Notes under the pieces: generated by a model
What the model saw: only the letters and a program-made list of their open reading frames with translations
Told to the model about the DNA's origin: nothing
Database searches by the model: none
In this document: positions 1 through 9,580 of the stretch, one piece after another
Numbering within the stretch: the stretch's first letter is position 1
Layout of the letters: each line of letters starts with the position of its first letter
Translations under genes and position numbers: made by a program
Virus record (IMG/VR): IMGVR_UViG_3300020450_000008
Reading direction: 5' to 3' (one strand)
DNA length: 64,000 nucleotides
From: a virus
Lineage: Duplodnaviria > Caudoviricetes

Positions 1-2
1 AA

Positions 3-266
3 GTATTTCATGATAAAATACTCGAGAATAATCGATTCTTTCAACTAGCACCTTATGTTGATGGTGATATGAAAATTCCACAAGGGCTTGCAGGTAATTC
101 AGCTTATATAGTTAAACCTGAAGGTGCACACGATCTTATAAGATTAGTTGTTAAACATGGACTGTGGCCTAATGATGCTATAATGTGTCGTCAATTAATA
201 GACGTAGCGGTAACTAGAAAATTTTATACAAGAGTCCAAGGACTTCCATCAACTACTACAAAATGA
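3..266 (+). CDS. Glycosyltransferase family 25-like, C-terminal part (5'-truncated by window edge)
   Basis: Frame is open from base 3. GNSAYIVKPEGA...WPND resembles the GT25 AY-x-x-x-P-x-GA segment, also present in ORF 2005-2667. Confidence 0.6.
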   Translation, partial: VFHDKILENNRFFQLAPYVDGDMKIPQGLAGNSAYIVKPEGAHDLIRLVVKHGLWPNDAIMCRQLIDVAVTRKFYTRVQGLPSTTTK

Positions 267-877
267 TAGAAAAATATATTCCAAAATTTTTAAGTTGTTT
301 ATATCATGAAAGAATTAAAGATGTTATTCCTGGTCAGGAACTTATTGACATGTTTCATTCAAATCAAATCAATAGTATATATGAAATTTTAAAAGCGGCT
401 GATGCGTTAAAGATGCAAGGTATGCCTACAAAAACTCTATATATTGGATCTTGGATGGGATTTAAAACTAAACTCTTTTCAGAATATTTTCAACTTAGTA
501 TCACAGAACTTGAACTTGATGAGAGATGTAAAGCTGTAAGCGAAATATGGAATTCAGATAATAAAAATTATAATGGTCATATACAAGGAGATGCAAATCA
601 ATTAGATAAAGAGTTTTATAAAGATTTTAAAACAGTTATTAACCCAAGTTGTGAACATATGAATGATGAATGGTATTATAACCTTCCTGATGGAACTTTT
701 GTAATATTACAAAGTAATGATTTTGATATACCACAACATACAAATTTTATAAAAAATATTGAGGAAATGAAAAATAAGTATAAAATGCGTGATATATATT
801 CGTGTACACTGCAGTGTACTGTTTATCAGCGATTCACATTAGCTGGAATCAAAACGGCAGAGTCGATCCTGCCTTAA
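263..877 (+). CDS. Class I SAM-dependent methyltransferase-like protein
   Basis: LYIGSWMG glycine loop, acidic strand end (ELELDE) and VINPSCEHM motif shared with ORFs 49294 and 50562. Confidence 0.55.
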   Translation: MIEKYIPKFLSCLYHERIKDVIPGQELIDMFHSNQINSIYEILKAADALKMQGMPTKTLYIGSWMGFKTKLFSEYFQLSITELELDERCKAVSEIWNSDNKNYNGHIQGDANQLDKEFYKDFKTVINPSCEHMNDEWYYNLPDGTFVILQSNDFDIPQHTNFIKNIEEMKNKYKMRDIYSCTLQCTVYQRFTLAGIKTAESILP

Positions 878-904
878 CACCCTCGAAACCTAACGGAGAA
901 ATAA

Positions 905-1924
905 ATGAGAAATTTACTACTAGCAATACTTTCAGTATTGTTCCTAGCTACAGGAGCATTTGCTGGAGGAGATAAATTAAAAGTCGGATTCATATATGTT
1001 GGACCAGTCGGCGATCACGGTTGGACTTACATGCATGATCAAGGACGTCTATCAGTTGAAGAAGCTTTTGGAGATAAAGTGGAAACAACATATATTGAAA
1101 GCGTTCCTGAAGGAGCAGATGCTGAAAGAGCCATAACTCAATTAGCTTTATCTGGCCATGATATTATATTTGCAACGTCATTTGGATATATGGAACAAAT
1201 GTTAAATGTTGCAAAGAAGTTTCCAAACGTAAAGTTTGAACACGCAACTGGATATAAGACAGCACCTAATATGTCTGTGTATTCTTCTAAGTTCTATGAA
1301 GGTAGATATATCCAAGGAGTTATAGCAGGTATGATGAGTAAGAAAGGAAAAGCAGGTTATATTGCTTCATTTCCAATTCCAGAAGTTATTCGTGGAATTA
1401 ACTCATTCTATCTTGGAGCAACATCTATCAATCCTGATTTTGATCTAGATATTGTATGGGTCAATACCTGGTACGATCCTGCAAAAGAAGGAGATGCTGC
1501 AAGTGTGTTAATATCTCAAGGAGCTGACATTATAACACAACATACTGATTCGACTGCACCGTTACAAATAGCACAATCAAAAGGTATATTAGGATTTGGT
1601 CAAGCTTCTGATATGATTAAGTTTGCTCCCGATACTCAAATGACTGCTATTATCGATGACTGGGGTCCTTACTATGTTGCTAGAGTAAAGGCTGTTCTCG
1701 ATGGAACCTGGGAGTCTGCAGACACCTGGGGCGGAATGGATACTGGTATGGTTAAAATGGCGCCATATACTAATCTTCCTGAAAATATAAAACATGCCGC
1801 AGCTAAAATTGCTATCGAAATTAGAGATGGTAAATTTGATCCATTTGGTGGAAAGTTTTCTGTAGGCGAACTTCTTGGAATGAATCAATATCTTGAAGGT
1901 ATTGATGCTCAAGTACCAAATTAA
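905..1924 (+). CDS. BMP/PnrA-family ABC transporter periplasmic substrate-binding protein (purine nucleoside type)
   Basis: Sec signal peptide ending GAFA; KVGFIYVGPVGDHGWTYMHDQGR, ATSFGY, WVNTWYDPAKE and QHTDS motifs typical of BMP proteins; GGAG RBS. Confidence 0.9.
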   Translation: MRNLLLAILSVLFLATGAFAGGDKLKVGFIYVGPVGDHGWTYMHDQGRLSVEEAFGDKVETTYIESVPEGADAERAITQLALSGHDIIFATSFGYMEQMLNVAKKFPNVKFEHATGYKTAPNMSVYSSKFYEGRYIQGVIAGMMSKKGKAGYIASFPIPEVIRGINSFYLGATSINPDFDLDIVWVNTWYDPAKEGDAASVLISQGADIITQHTDSTAPLQIAQSKGILGFGQASDMIKFAPDTQMTAIIDDWGPYYVARVKAVLDGTWESADTWGGMDTGMVKMAPYTNLPENIKHAAAKIAIEIRDGKFDPFGGKFSVGELLGMNQYLEGIDAQVPN

Positions 1925-1927
1925 TGG

Positions 1928-1956
1928 TTTACATAGCACTTTAACTGTGATATAAT
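1928..1956 (+). promoter_or_regulatory. Sigma70-type promoter TTTACA-N17-TATAAT
   Basis: Exact hexamers at 1928-1933 and 1951-1956, upstream of the GT cluster. Confidence 0.75.
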
Positions 1957-1960
1957 TATA

Positions 1961-1988
1961 ATAGTGGCGGTTGAAAGATCGCCACTTA
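1961..1988 (+). terminator. GC-rich hairpin (AGTGGCGGT/ATCGCCACT); possible terminator or leader structure
   Basis: 9-bp stem with one G-U pair in an AT-rich intergenic region; weak U-tract. Confidence 0.4.
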
Positions 1989-2004
1989 CATAAGGAACTA
2001 TATA

Positions 2005-2667
2005 ATGATGAAAGCTTTTGTTTTAACAATCAAAGACATAGAGCAGTCTCAGCAAGCCGCTCATAGGTGTATAAAATCTGGAAAGACACATGGTATTGAT
2101 GTTCAAAAACATTACGGTTTTACACCAAAAGATAATCCCTTACAAATATTAGAAGAAAAAAGTTTACCACTAACTAGGTTTAAAGAAAAGTGGTCTAGAC
2201 TTGATAATGTTGTTGCTGCCTTTTTAGGCCACAGATCACTATGGGAAATATGCGCTGAAGGTAAAGATAATTTTTTGATACTTGAACATGACGCTGTATT
2301 TGATTCTTCTATAAATGCTCACTTATTATATACTCAAGATCATGATATTGTATCGGTGGGTGCGCCTTCCTATGGAAAGTTTAATACACCTATGCAACTG
2401 GGAATAGGACCTTTGGTTTCAAAGCCATACTTTCCTGGAGCTCATGCTTATATATTAACACCTAAAGGAGCAAAAGAAGCATTAAGAGTATCAATGACCG
2501 AAGCGGGTCCTACAGATGTTTTCTTTAATTTAAATAACTTTCCTAATCTAAAAGAATTTTACCCTTGGCCTGTAAGAGCAAATGATAATTTTACAACTAT
2601 ACAAAGACAAGAAGGCTGTTTGGCAAAACATAATTGGAAAGATGGGATAGCATATGAAATCGTTTAA
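2005..2667 (+). CDS. Glycosyltransferase family 25 (LPS biosynthesis type)
   Basis: FLGHRSLW, LILEHDAVF and GAHAYILTPKGA GT25 motifs. Confidence 0.8.
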   Translation: MMKAFVLTIKDIEQSQQAAHRCIKSGKTHGIDVQKHYGFTPKDNPLQILEEKSLPLTRFKEKWSRLDNVVAAFLGHRSLWEICAEGKDNFLILEHDAVFDSSINAHLLYTQDHDIVSVGAPSYGKFNTPMQLGIGPLVSKPYFPGAHAYILTPKGAKEALRVSMTEAGPTDVFFNLNNFPNLKEFYPWPVRANDNFTTIQRQEGCLAKHNWKDGIAYEIV

Positions 2668-3328
2668 ACATGCATTTTTAACAGGATGTGATGAAGCAAA
2701 TGAGTGGATGATTCCTTGGTTTGTAAGTAACTATATGGAACATAATGACGTACCACTTTTGTTTGCAGACTTTGGTGTGAGTAGCGAATTCTTAGATTAT
2801 GCTCATGAAACATTTAATGAAGTTTTAGATCTATCAGAAAAAACTGAAGAAAAAGGTTGGTTTAAAAAGCCAAGGGCTATGATAATGGCATCCAAAAAAT
2901 GTGACTACACTTGCTGGATAGATACTGATTTTCAAATAGTTGATGAAATACAAACAGTATTTAATTATGTAGAAGAAGGTAGATTAGCAATGGTGGAAGA
3001 TAAACCTTGGACAAAAAGAAGAAGTTTATCTATCCCTTGGTATAATTCAGGTATTGTTGCATTCAAAGATTGTCCACAAATATTAGAAAAATGGGCTGAA
3101 AGAGTAAGACAAAATCCAATTGTAGGTGATCAAGAGGTATTACATAGTATGATGGATAGTCCACTTACTCAAAGAATATATATTTCAGATGTTCCAAATG
3201 AATACAACTGGTTGCGATTACAATTAGAACATGACAACCAGGATAGTAAAAGAAAAAAAGCTATTCATTGGACAGGACAAAAAGGTAAAGAGAGAATTAA
3301 AAATATGGTAAGAAAATGGGAGAAGTAG
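2654..3328 (+). CDS. GT-A glycosyltransferase (GT8-like)
   Basis: WIDTDF DxD motif, YNSGIV, GDQEVL, YNW and terminal HWTG. Confidence 0.7.
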   Translation: MKSFKHAFLTGCDEANEWMIPWFVSNYMEHNDVPLLFADFGVSSEFLDYAHETFNEVLDLSEKTEEKGWFKKPRAMIMASKKCDYTCWIDTDFQIVDEIQTVFNYVEEGRLAMVEDKPWTKRRSLSIPWYNSGIVAFKDCPQILEKWAERVRQNPIVGDQEVLHSMMDSPLTQRIYISDVPNEYNWLRLQLEHDNQDSKRKKAIHWTGQKGKERIKNMVRKWEK

Positions 3329-3990
3329 CACACCTTATAGGAAATGGAAAAAGTTCTGGATTTTACAGTCCAGCACCAGGTTTGAAAATTACTTGTAATT
3401 TACCACCATTTGAAGTTCCAAACACTTATACAACTGTGATGGTTGATTTTAAAATGATGAATGCAATTCATAAAGGTTCAATACAGGTTCCTGGTGATTG
3501 GGTTCTTGGCGCAAGACCACATAAATGGATGGAAATGCGTAATGATTTTTATATTAAATATTCTAAGCAGATAAAAGAATTTTATTTAGTTCTACCAAAG
3601 TACGCGCCTAACTATACTGATTTTAACTGTGGTCACATGGCAACTCATTGGGTGGCAAATAAATTACAAAGAAAAGAGATTCATATGTATGGATTTGATT
3701 CTATATTTGAATTTGATACGACTAGTATGTCAGATACATTTATGGCATCTGTTAGAGATAATATGAATACTGAAAAATTAACAACAAATTGGCGGCCAAT
3801 ATGGCATGGTATATTTAATGAGTTTCCTAATACACAGTTTATACTATATCATGATATTGGTAAATCTCAGATTCCTCTACCACCGAACGTTGAAGTCCGG
3901 ACGTCTAATAAAGGAAAAACGGCTATTCGTAAAAAGAATGACCCTCCAAAACCTTTTAGTAGAGAAGAAATAGTCAATTCTTCTGTGTAA
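3316..3990 (+). CDS. Putative glycan-modifying enzyme (GNGxS...GFD, sialyltransferase/Maf/MptE-like motifs)
   Basis: HLIGNGKS, ITCN, NCGHMA and IHMYGFD motifs; located in the GT cluster. Confidence 0.45.
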   Translation: MGEVAHLIGNGKSSGFYSPAPGLKITCNLPPFEVPNTYTTVMVDFKMMNAIHKGSIQVPGDWVLGARPHKWMEMRNDFYIKYSKQIKEFYLVLPKYAPNYTDFNCGHMATHWVANKLQRKEIHMYGFDSIFEFDTTSMSDTFMASVRDNMNTEKLTTNWRPIWHGIFNEFPNTQFILYHDIGKSQIPLPPNVEVRTSNKGKTAIRKKNDPPKPFSREEIVNSSV

Positions 3991-4100
3991 CATTTATGTA
4001 ACAGCATAAATTATTTCACTTTTATTGAAAATAATCGTTTACATTTATTCTTTTTTATAGTATATTAGTTATATAAGGTAATTAATAAGGAAGATAAATG
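3986..4100 (+). promoter_or_regulatory. Early promoter cassette copy 1: TGTAAC-N5-TGTAAC site, A/T tract, TTTACA-N17-TATATT, TAAGGAAGATAAATG RBS
   Basis: Near-identical blocks at about 13514-13653 and 20564-20691. Confidence 0.8.
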
Positions 4101-4469
4101 ATTTCATCAGAAAGAAAATACAACAAATTCTCAAAGACTTTGTCACCTAAGCTAGCTTCATGGTTAGCTGACGATCACACTTACATTTCAGATACTAAGA
4201 GCAAGTTAGCAGCTCGTGCCAAGAGGCGTCAAGATGCTTTAGCTGATTGGGATCTTCATTTAGTTACTTTCAACAAGATGTTCATCGAATGGGCAGTTGA
4301 AAATTCTGTTAGTGATGAACTTGGTGAAAAGATCTCATTCGCAGTGAGTGACTCTCAGTTAGAACCAATCACTAAAGATTACAGAGTTGATTGGAGATTG
4401 AAGAAAGAATTTCCTGAAGTTGATTGGGAAGTTAAGACCAAAGAATATTTAGATGGAGGATTATATTAA
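4098..4469 (+). CDS. Hypothetical early protein
   Basis: ORF with strong RBS directly after an early promoter. Confidence 0.7.
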   Translation: MISSERKYNKFSKTLSPKLASWLADDHTYISDTKSKLAARAKRRQDALADWDLHLVTFNKMFIEWAVENSVSDELGEKISFAVSDSQLEPITKDYRVDWRLKKEFPEVDWEVKTKEYLDGGLY

Positions 4470-4651
4470 TGTTATATTATGATGTATTTAATGAAAAAGT
4501 TGGAACAATAAGTAGCTTTACTTCTCTCGAAGAAGCACAAAAGTCAGCTAAAAAATATGCAAAGCAAATGAATCATTACTTTGTTATATTCAAGAGATTC
4601 CCTAACGGTTCTCAAGGACTTGTTAAGTGGGTCTTCCCGAGGAAAAAATAA
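4469..4651 (+). CDS. Hypothetical protein
   Basis: TAATG-coupled to the upstream ORF; GGAGG RBS. Confidence 0.6.
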   Translation: MLYYDVFNEKVGTISSFTSLEEAQKSAKKYAKQMNHYFVIFKRFPNGSQGLVKWVFPRKK

Positions 4652-4860
4652 TGATTAGAGAATATCTTTCATATGTTGTTCTTGCAGTCTTTGCGTTTGG
4701 CTGGATGGATATAGGATTTGGTCCACAATGGACTTGGTGGTATTTAATTGCATATTTAGGCGGTGGAGTTTAATGGATAGAAACCCTACAGAATTTGAAG
4801 CGTTATTAGTTATAATGGTAAGTTCAGTTGTAATAACAGTCGTATTGAATGCAGTAGTCT

Positions 4861-5268
4861 ATGCTTTTATCGGTTAATAAAGTTCCAAAGAAACTTGGTT
4901 CAGATACTTTAAACAAAGTATTGGACTTTGCTGAAAAATATCTAAAGTTAAATCCAAAATTAGATATTCATATTGACTTTATAAAAACTAAAAAGTTTCT
5001 AGGTCAATATGAAGGCATTGATGAACATGGTGAAACACACTTTATAGATATAAATGAAACTCAAAGTCAAGAAGACATTATTAGATCTATATTTCATGAG
5101 TTAGTTCATGTAAGACAGACTGATGATGGAGATCTATCATTAGATGGAAATAGTTGGAAAGGCTTTTTGTATAGAACTAAAGAAATGGAAGTAGACTATG
5201 ATCATCTTCCATGGGAAAAAGAAGCGGCTGAATTAGAAGAAACAATGTGGAGAACTTGGAATGCCTGA
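4861..5268 (+). CDS. HExxH zinc metallopeptidase-like protein
   Basis: IFHELVHVRQ followed by LPWEKEA (third ligand), a common phage family. Confidence 0.7.
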   Translation: MLLSVNKVPKKLGSDTLNKVLDFAEKYLKLNPKLDIHIDFIKTKKFLGQYEGIDEHGETHFIDINETQSQEDIIRSIFHELVHVRQTDDGDLSLDGNSWKGFLYRTKEMEVDYDHLPWEKEAAELEETMWRTWNA

Positions 5269-5989
5269 AACATTTATGGAGTTTGATTCTTCCTGGCATA
5301 AAGAATATAAATCAGAAGAAGACTTTCAATGCTGGGATGCTTATCCAGAATACCGATGGTTGTTTAATAAGCTTGAAGTTTCTATGAAACTAGGATATGA
5401 TTGTGGGCCTGCAGGAGTTCCTATAACTAAAGCTGGTAACTATATTATACGACCAACATATAATTTATATGGTATGGGCATAGGTGCGCATAAGAAGTAT
5501 CTAGACCCTGATAAGCATGGTGACGATATGGTTCATCACAAACATATTCCTCCTGGATATTTTTGGTGTGAATGGATTACTGGAAAACATCATAGTATTG
5601 ATTTTATGAAACAAGACGACAAATGGGTTCCTTTTAGCGCAATGATAGGTCATCATTATGGAGAAGACAATCTTGTAAAATTTAAAGAATGGGAAGTCAT
5701 AGAACCGGAATTTGAGTTACCAGATTGGCTTCATTCTGTAGAAACTGAAAGATATTTAAATATTGAAAGCAAAGATGATAAGATCATAGAAGTACATCTA
5801 AGAAGTGGTAATGATCATATATGGAATCTTAATGTAGGTTCTAAAGTATATCCAGTATGGGAAGGTGATGATTATAAAGAACTTGAACACCTTGAATTTG
5901 TAGGAAATATGCATTCAGAATCATTTAAATATCAGGCTGATGGGCATTTATCTGATTTAAGATTAGGTTACTATATAGATTCTGTATAA
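5261..5989 (+). CDS. Conserved phage protein, possibly ATP-grasp-like
   Basis: IIRPTYNLYGMG, WCEWITG and KIIEVHLR resemble ATP-grasp elements. Confidence 0.45.
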   Translation: MPETFMEFDSSWHKEYKSEEDFQCWDAYPEYRWLFNKLEVSMKLGYDCGPAGVPITKAGNYIIRPTYNLYGMGIGAHKKYLDPDKHGDDMVHHKHIPPGYFWCEWITGKHHSIDFMKQDDKWVPFSAMIGHHYGEDNLVKFKEWEVIEPEFELPDWLHSVETERYLNIESKDDKIIEVHLRSGNDHIWNLNVGSKVYPVWEGDDYKELEHLEFVGNMHSESFKYQADGHLSDLRLGYYIDSV

Positions 5990-5992
5990 ATA
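5985..5992 (+). promoter_or_regulatory. T4-type late promoter TATAAATA
   Basis: Exact gp55 consensus 6 nt upstream of the ATG at 5998. Confidence 0.75.
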
Positions 5993-5997
5993 GACTT

Positions 5998-6519
5998 ATG
6001 TTAACATTTAAAACATATTTAAGAGAATCATATACTAATTGGAAACATGAAGAGCCAGTAAAGTATTCTAAGCATCTCGAAAAAACATTTGGTAAACCAG
6101 ATGAAATTACCGATAGTCAAACTATTTGGTATAATAAAGATGGTTTTAAAAGAATAGTCGTTAAAGACGAATATATTCTACACGCTTCACCTGCTCCACA
6201 TTATGACTTTGTATATTGTTACGTTGATTTACAAGTGCCAGAAGAAATGGCAACAGATCTTGCTAAATCAAGTGGCAGTATCATGATTGACTTCTTAAAA
6301 GGGGAAGTTGGAGCAAGATGCTCTTCTACTACAGCCAATGCAACTACAATAAACTATTGTTTAGATGTTGTATCAGGTAGAGTCAAGCCTTCAAAAGCTG
6401 AGTATGAAAAAAGAATACTTGGAATGAAGAAGATGTTTTCTACTGGCAAAAAGTATGAACTTGATTGGTGGCCTGACGAAACAAGTGACGCTGATCCTAA
6501 GAATCCATACTACAAATGA
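5998..6519 (+). CDS. Hypothetical late protein
   Basis: 173-aa ORF after a late promoter; N-terminal 'LTFKTYLRE' style typical of T4-like late small proteins. Confidence 0.7.
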   Translation: MLTFKTYLRESYTNWKHEEPVKYSKHLEKTFGKPDEITDSQTIWYNKDGFKRIVVKDEYILHASPAPHYDFVYCYVDLQVPEEMATDLAKSSGSIMIDFLKGEVGARCSSTTANATTINYCLDVVSGRVKPSKAEYEKRILGMKKMFSTGKKYELDWWPDETSDADPKNPYYK

Positions 6520-6836
6520 TTTTCAAATTCAAGCAGTTTATTGACCTAGAAGAAAACTCTAAGTGTCCTCCAGGATACAAATATGATCCTGAGTTAAAGA
6601 TGTGTATCGATAAAAATTACAAAAGATCAGTAATGTATAGACCATACTTTGGTAGATACTTAAGTACACAGCAGCCAAAACAAGAACAACCACCAAAGAA
6701 AAATGGTAATGGAAATGGAAATGGCAGTCCAAAAAATGGCAATGGCAATAATGGCAATGGAAATGGTGGGAACGGCAACGGGAACGGTGGTGGTAATGGC
6801 GGAGGAGCCGGCGGCGGAAATGGCGCAGGTGCTTAA
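6516..6836 (+). CDS. Hypothetical protein with CPPG..C motif and Gly/Asn-rich tail
   Basis: ATGA overlap with the upstream gene; low-complexity (NG)n C-terminus at about 6700-6833. Confidence 0.65.
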   Translation: MIFKFKQFIDLEENSKCPPGYKYDPELKMCIDKNYKRSVMYRPYFGRYLSTQQPKQEQPPKKNGNGNGNGSPKNGNGNNGNGNGGNGNGNGGGNGGGAGGGNGAGA

Positions 6837-6841
6837 ATGAT

Positions 6842-7339
6842 ATGCATGAAGAACTTCCAGAAATAAGTCTCGCAGGAGCGAACAATAAAGGTTATATACT
6901 TTCAACCGTTGAAGATGTTATCAACTGGTCAAGAACAGGCAGTCTTTATTGGATGACATTCGGTCTAGCATGTTGTGCTGTTGAAATGATGCATGCTTCG
7001 ACTCCGAGATATGATCTTGAAAGATTTGGATCTATTCCAAGAGGTAGTCCTAGACAATCAGATCTCATGATTGTTGCTGGAACTCTTACAAATAAAATGG
7101 CACCAGCTTTAAGAAAAGTTTACGATCAAATGCCTGAGCCAAGATATGTAATATCAATGGGAAGTTGTGCAAATGGTGGTGGGTATTACCATTATTCTTA
7201 TTCTGTAGTAAGAGGCTGTGATAGAATAATTCCAGTGGATATATATGTTCCAGGTTGCCCACCAAGTGCAGAAGCTTTATTATATGGAATATTACAGCTA
7301 CAAAAAAAGATTAGAAGAACTGGAACCATAAAGCGATGA
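6842..7339 (+). CDS. nuoB: NADH-quinone oxidoreductase subunit B (N2 Fe-S cluster subunit)
   Basis: [36 protein letters not shown] and YVPGCPP: all four N2 Cys ligands present. Confidence 0.97.
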   Translation: MHEELPEISLAGANNKGYILSTVEDVINWSRTGSLYWMTFGLACCAVEMMHASTPRYDLERFGSIPRGSPRQSDLMIVAGTLTNKMAPALRKVYDQMPEPRYVISMGSCANGGGYYHYSYSVVRGCDRIIPVDIYVPGCPPSAEALLYGILQLQKKIRRTGTIKR

Positions 7340-8571
7340 TAAATTATTTAGCATTTATAGCTGCTATCGCTATAGCAACAGTTGCAGCATATTATTCAAT
7401 TATTGGATTGATGACAATTTTTGCAGCTGCTGCAATACCTATTGCTGTGATGGGTGGTGTACTTGAAGCTGGAAAGCTTATAACTGCCTCATGGTTATAT
7501 AATAACCGAAAAATAATTCCTTTCTTTTTAAAATCATATCTTATAACTGCCGTTGTAGTTCTTATGTTTATTACAAGCATGGGAATCTTTGGATTCTTAT
7601 CAAAAGCACATATTGAACAAACAGCAGAATCAGAAGAGAATGTCGCTAAGATGGAACAGATCGATAAAAAGATTGTTCGTCTTACAGATACAATTATGGC
7701 ATCTGAACAAGCAATAATTAAGATTGAAACCAAAGATGAAAATAAGAATGAACAAATAAACTTTCAGATTCAAACTGAAGAAGAAAGAATCGTAAAAGTT
7801 AGAGATCAGTATCAAAAATTAGTTGATGAACAAGATAAGATAATTAATAGTGCATCTGACAATTTAGATTTACTGGAGCAATTTGTAAAGGATAAAGACA
7901 CTCGATCTTTGCAAGCCTTAGTAGGAACTAAAGTTGATGGTGTATATGGTCCAGGAACTGCGGCAAGAGTAAATGAATATAGAGAAAAAGAAGAATCTAA
8001 AGTAGATCAAATTATTGCTGATGCAAGAAAAAGGATAACTAATCTTAGAGAAAGAGAACTTACTGAAATCTCTAAGAGTAATGAACTTATTGATAGACTA
8101 CGAAATAATATTAATACAGATGAACTGGATGAAGTTGCTACTAACAGGATCAAAAATTTACAAAACACTATAATCGAATCAGAAGAATCAATAACTAATC
8201 TTAATGTTGAAAAGTTTAAGTTAGAAGCAGAAGAAAGAAAATTAGAGGCTGAAGTCGGTCCAATTAAATACATTGCTGAACTAGTATATAGTGGAGAAGC
8301 AGATAGAGATGTATTAGAAGATGCTGTACGATGGGTAATACTAATTATCATATTTGTATTTGATCCATTGGCCGTTTTATTATTGATTGCTGCCAATATT
8401 GGTTGGGAAAAAGAAAGAGAAGAAAAAATTAAAAAGATTGGAAGATCCGAAAACAGAGTTGCTAAAGACGGAAAACTAGTTGATGCAGTAAAAATAGATG
8501 AAGAAGAAAAAGTACCCCCACAGAAAAAGTTAACTGTAAAAGCTGGTACAGAATGGTTTACTGATAAATAG
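7336..8571 (+). CDS. Membrane-anchored coiled-coil protein with a peptidoglycan-binding-like motif
   Basis: About 3 N-terminal TM helices, a long coiled coil, [17 protein letters not shown] (PG_binding_1-like) and a C-terminal TM. Confidence 0.6.
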   Translation: MINYLAFIAAIAIATVAAYYSIIGLMTIFAAAAIPIAVMGGVLEAGKLITASWLYNNRKIIPFFLKSYLITAVVVLMFITSMGIFGFLSKAHIEQTAESEENVAKMEQIDKKIVRLTDTIMASEQAIIKIETKDENKNEQINFQIQTEEERIVKVRDQYQKLVDEQDKIINSASDNLDLLEQFVKDKDTRSLQALVGTKVDGVYGPGTAARVNEYREKEESKVDQIIADARKRITNLRERELTEISKSNELIDRLRNNINTDELDEVATNRIKNLQNTIIESEESITNLNVEKFKLEAEERKLEAEVGPIKYIAELVYSGEADRDVLEDAVRWVILIIIFVFDPLAVLLLIAANIGWEKEREEKIKKIGRSENRVAKDGKLVDAVKIDEEEKVPPQKKLTVKAGTEWFTDK

Positions 8572-8594
8572 AACTAGGTAAAACGGAGTAACTC

Positions 8595-9398
8595 ATGATA
8601 TCAGAAATGTCATTCCAAGAAAGAGCAACATTGTTTGCAACACTATCATCTATAGCATATATGGATAAAAAAGGTGCTAAAAAGGCAGCAAAGAAAATAG
8701 GATTTACCACTGTTGAGTTTTACAATAGAGATGGAGCTCAAGCATATCGATTTATGAATTCAGAAGACTTGGTGATTGCATGTAGAGGAACACAACCTAC
8801 TGAATGGAATGATATAAAAGCTGATCTAAGAGCCATACCAGTTTATGCCGAAACTATAGGTTTGGTTCATAAAGGTTTTAAAAAAGAAGTTGACGATCTG
8901 TGGCCTATGGTGTTAGAAGATCTTGAGAGAAAAGTAAATCAAGACAAAAAAGTATGGTTTACAGGACATAGTTTAGGAGCCGCAATGACAACTATTATGG
9001 CTAGTCGTTGTCAAGATGTTCATCATAATGTTTGTGAAGTGTATACCTATGGATCGCCAAGAGTTGGCTGGGGAAGATATGTTAGAAGTTTAAAGGTTAC
9101 ACATCATAGGTTTGTAAATAACAATGATATAGTAACTCGAGTTCCTTTATGGATTATGGGTTATAGACATCATGGAAGAAGACATTACTTTAATAGAAAA
9201 GGACAACTTAGCTTCTCTGATATAAGAGATAGAATTTTAGGAATGTGGGACGGTTGGAAAAGAGGAAGAATTGATTCTATAGCAGATCATGACATAGGTC
9301 AATATATTGTCCATTGCGAAGATATACCAGCTCATAAAGAAATAAGACACAAAATGGGTGTATGGTCTAAGTTTAAAAAGCGGTCTACAAGAAAGTAA
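8595..9398 (+). CDS. Lipase class 3 (alpha/beta hydrolase)
   Basis: RGT, VHKGF, GHSLG nucleophile elbow, YGSPRVG, NDIVTRVP, ADH. Confidence 0.9.
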   Translation: MISEMSFQERATLFATLSSIAYMDKKGAKKAAKKIGFTTVEFYNRDGAQAYRFMNSEDLVIACRGTQPTEWNDIKADLRAIPVYAETIGLVHKGFKKEVDDLWPMVLEDLERKVNQDKKVWFTGHSLGAAMTTIMASRCQDVHHNVCEVYTYGSPRVGWGRYVRSLKVTHHRFVNNNDIVTRVPLWIMGYRHHGRRHYFNRKGQLSFSDIRDRILGMWDGWKRGRIDSIADHDIGQYIVHCEDIPAHKEIRHKMGVWSKFKKRSTRK

Positions 9399-9580
9399 TG
9401 AAAGAATTGGTTTTTATATTAATGGTTATGAATGGCGATCAACTTGAAGGTGAGATAGTTTATCCAAACATGGATAAATGTAAATGGTATGCTGAAAAAA
9501 TTAATAAACAACAAACAAGTTTAATTCTTAATTATTCAGCATGGTGCAAACCAGTAGTAAGAGATAAGGTGGAAGAATAA
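9398..9580 (+). CDS. Hypothetical small protein (two Cys)
   Basis: TAATG-coupled ORF. Confidence 0.55.
   Translation: MKELVFILMVMNGDQLEGEIVYPNMDKCKWYAEKINKQQTSLILNYSAWCKPVVRDKVEE

Noticed and set aside
6700-6833. GGN/AAY-rich repeat as a non-coding element
   Set aside because: Explained by the Gly/Asn codons of ORF 6516-6836.
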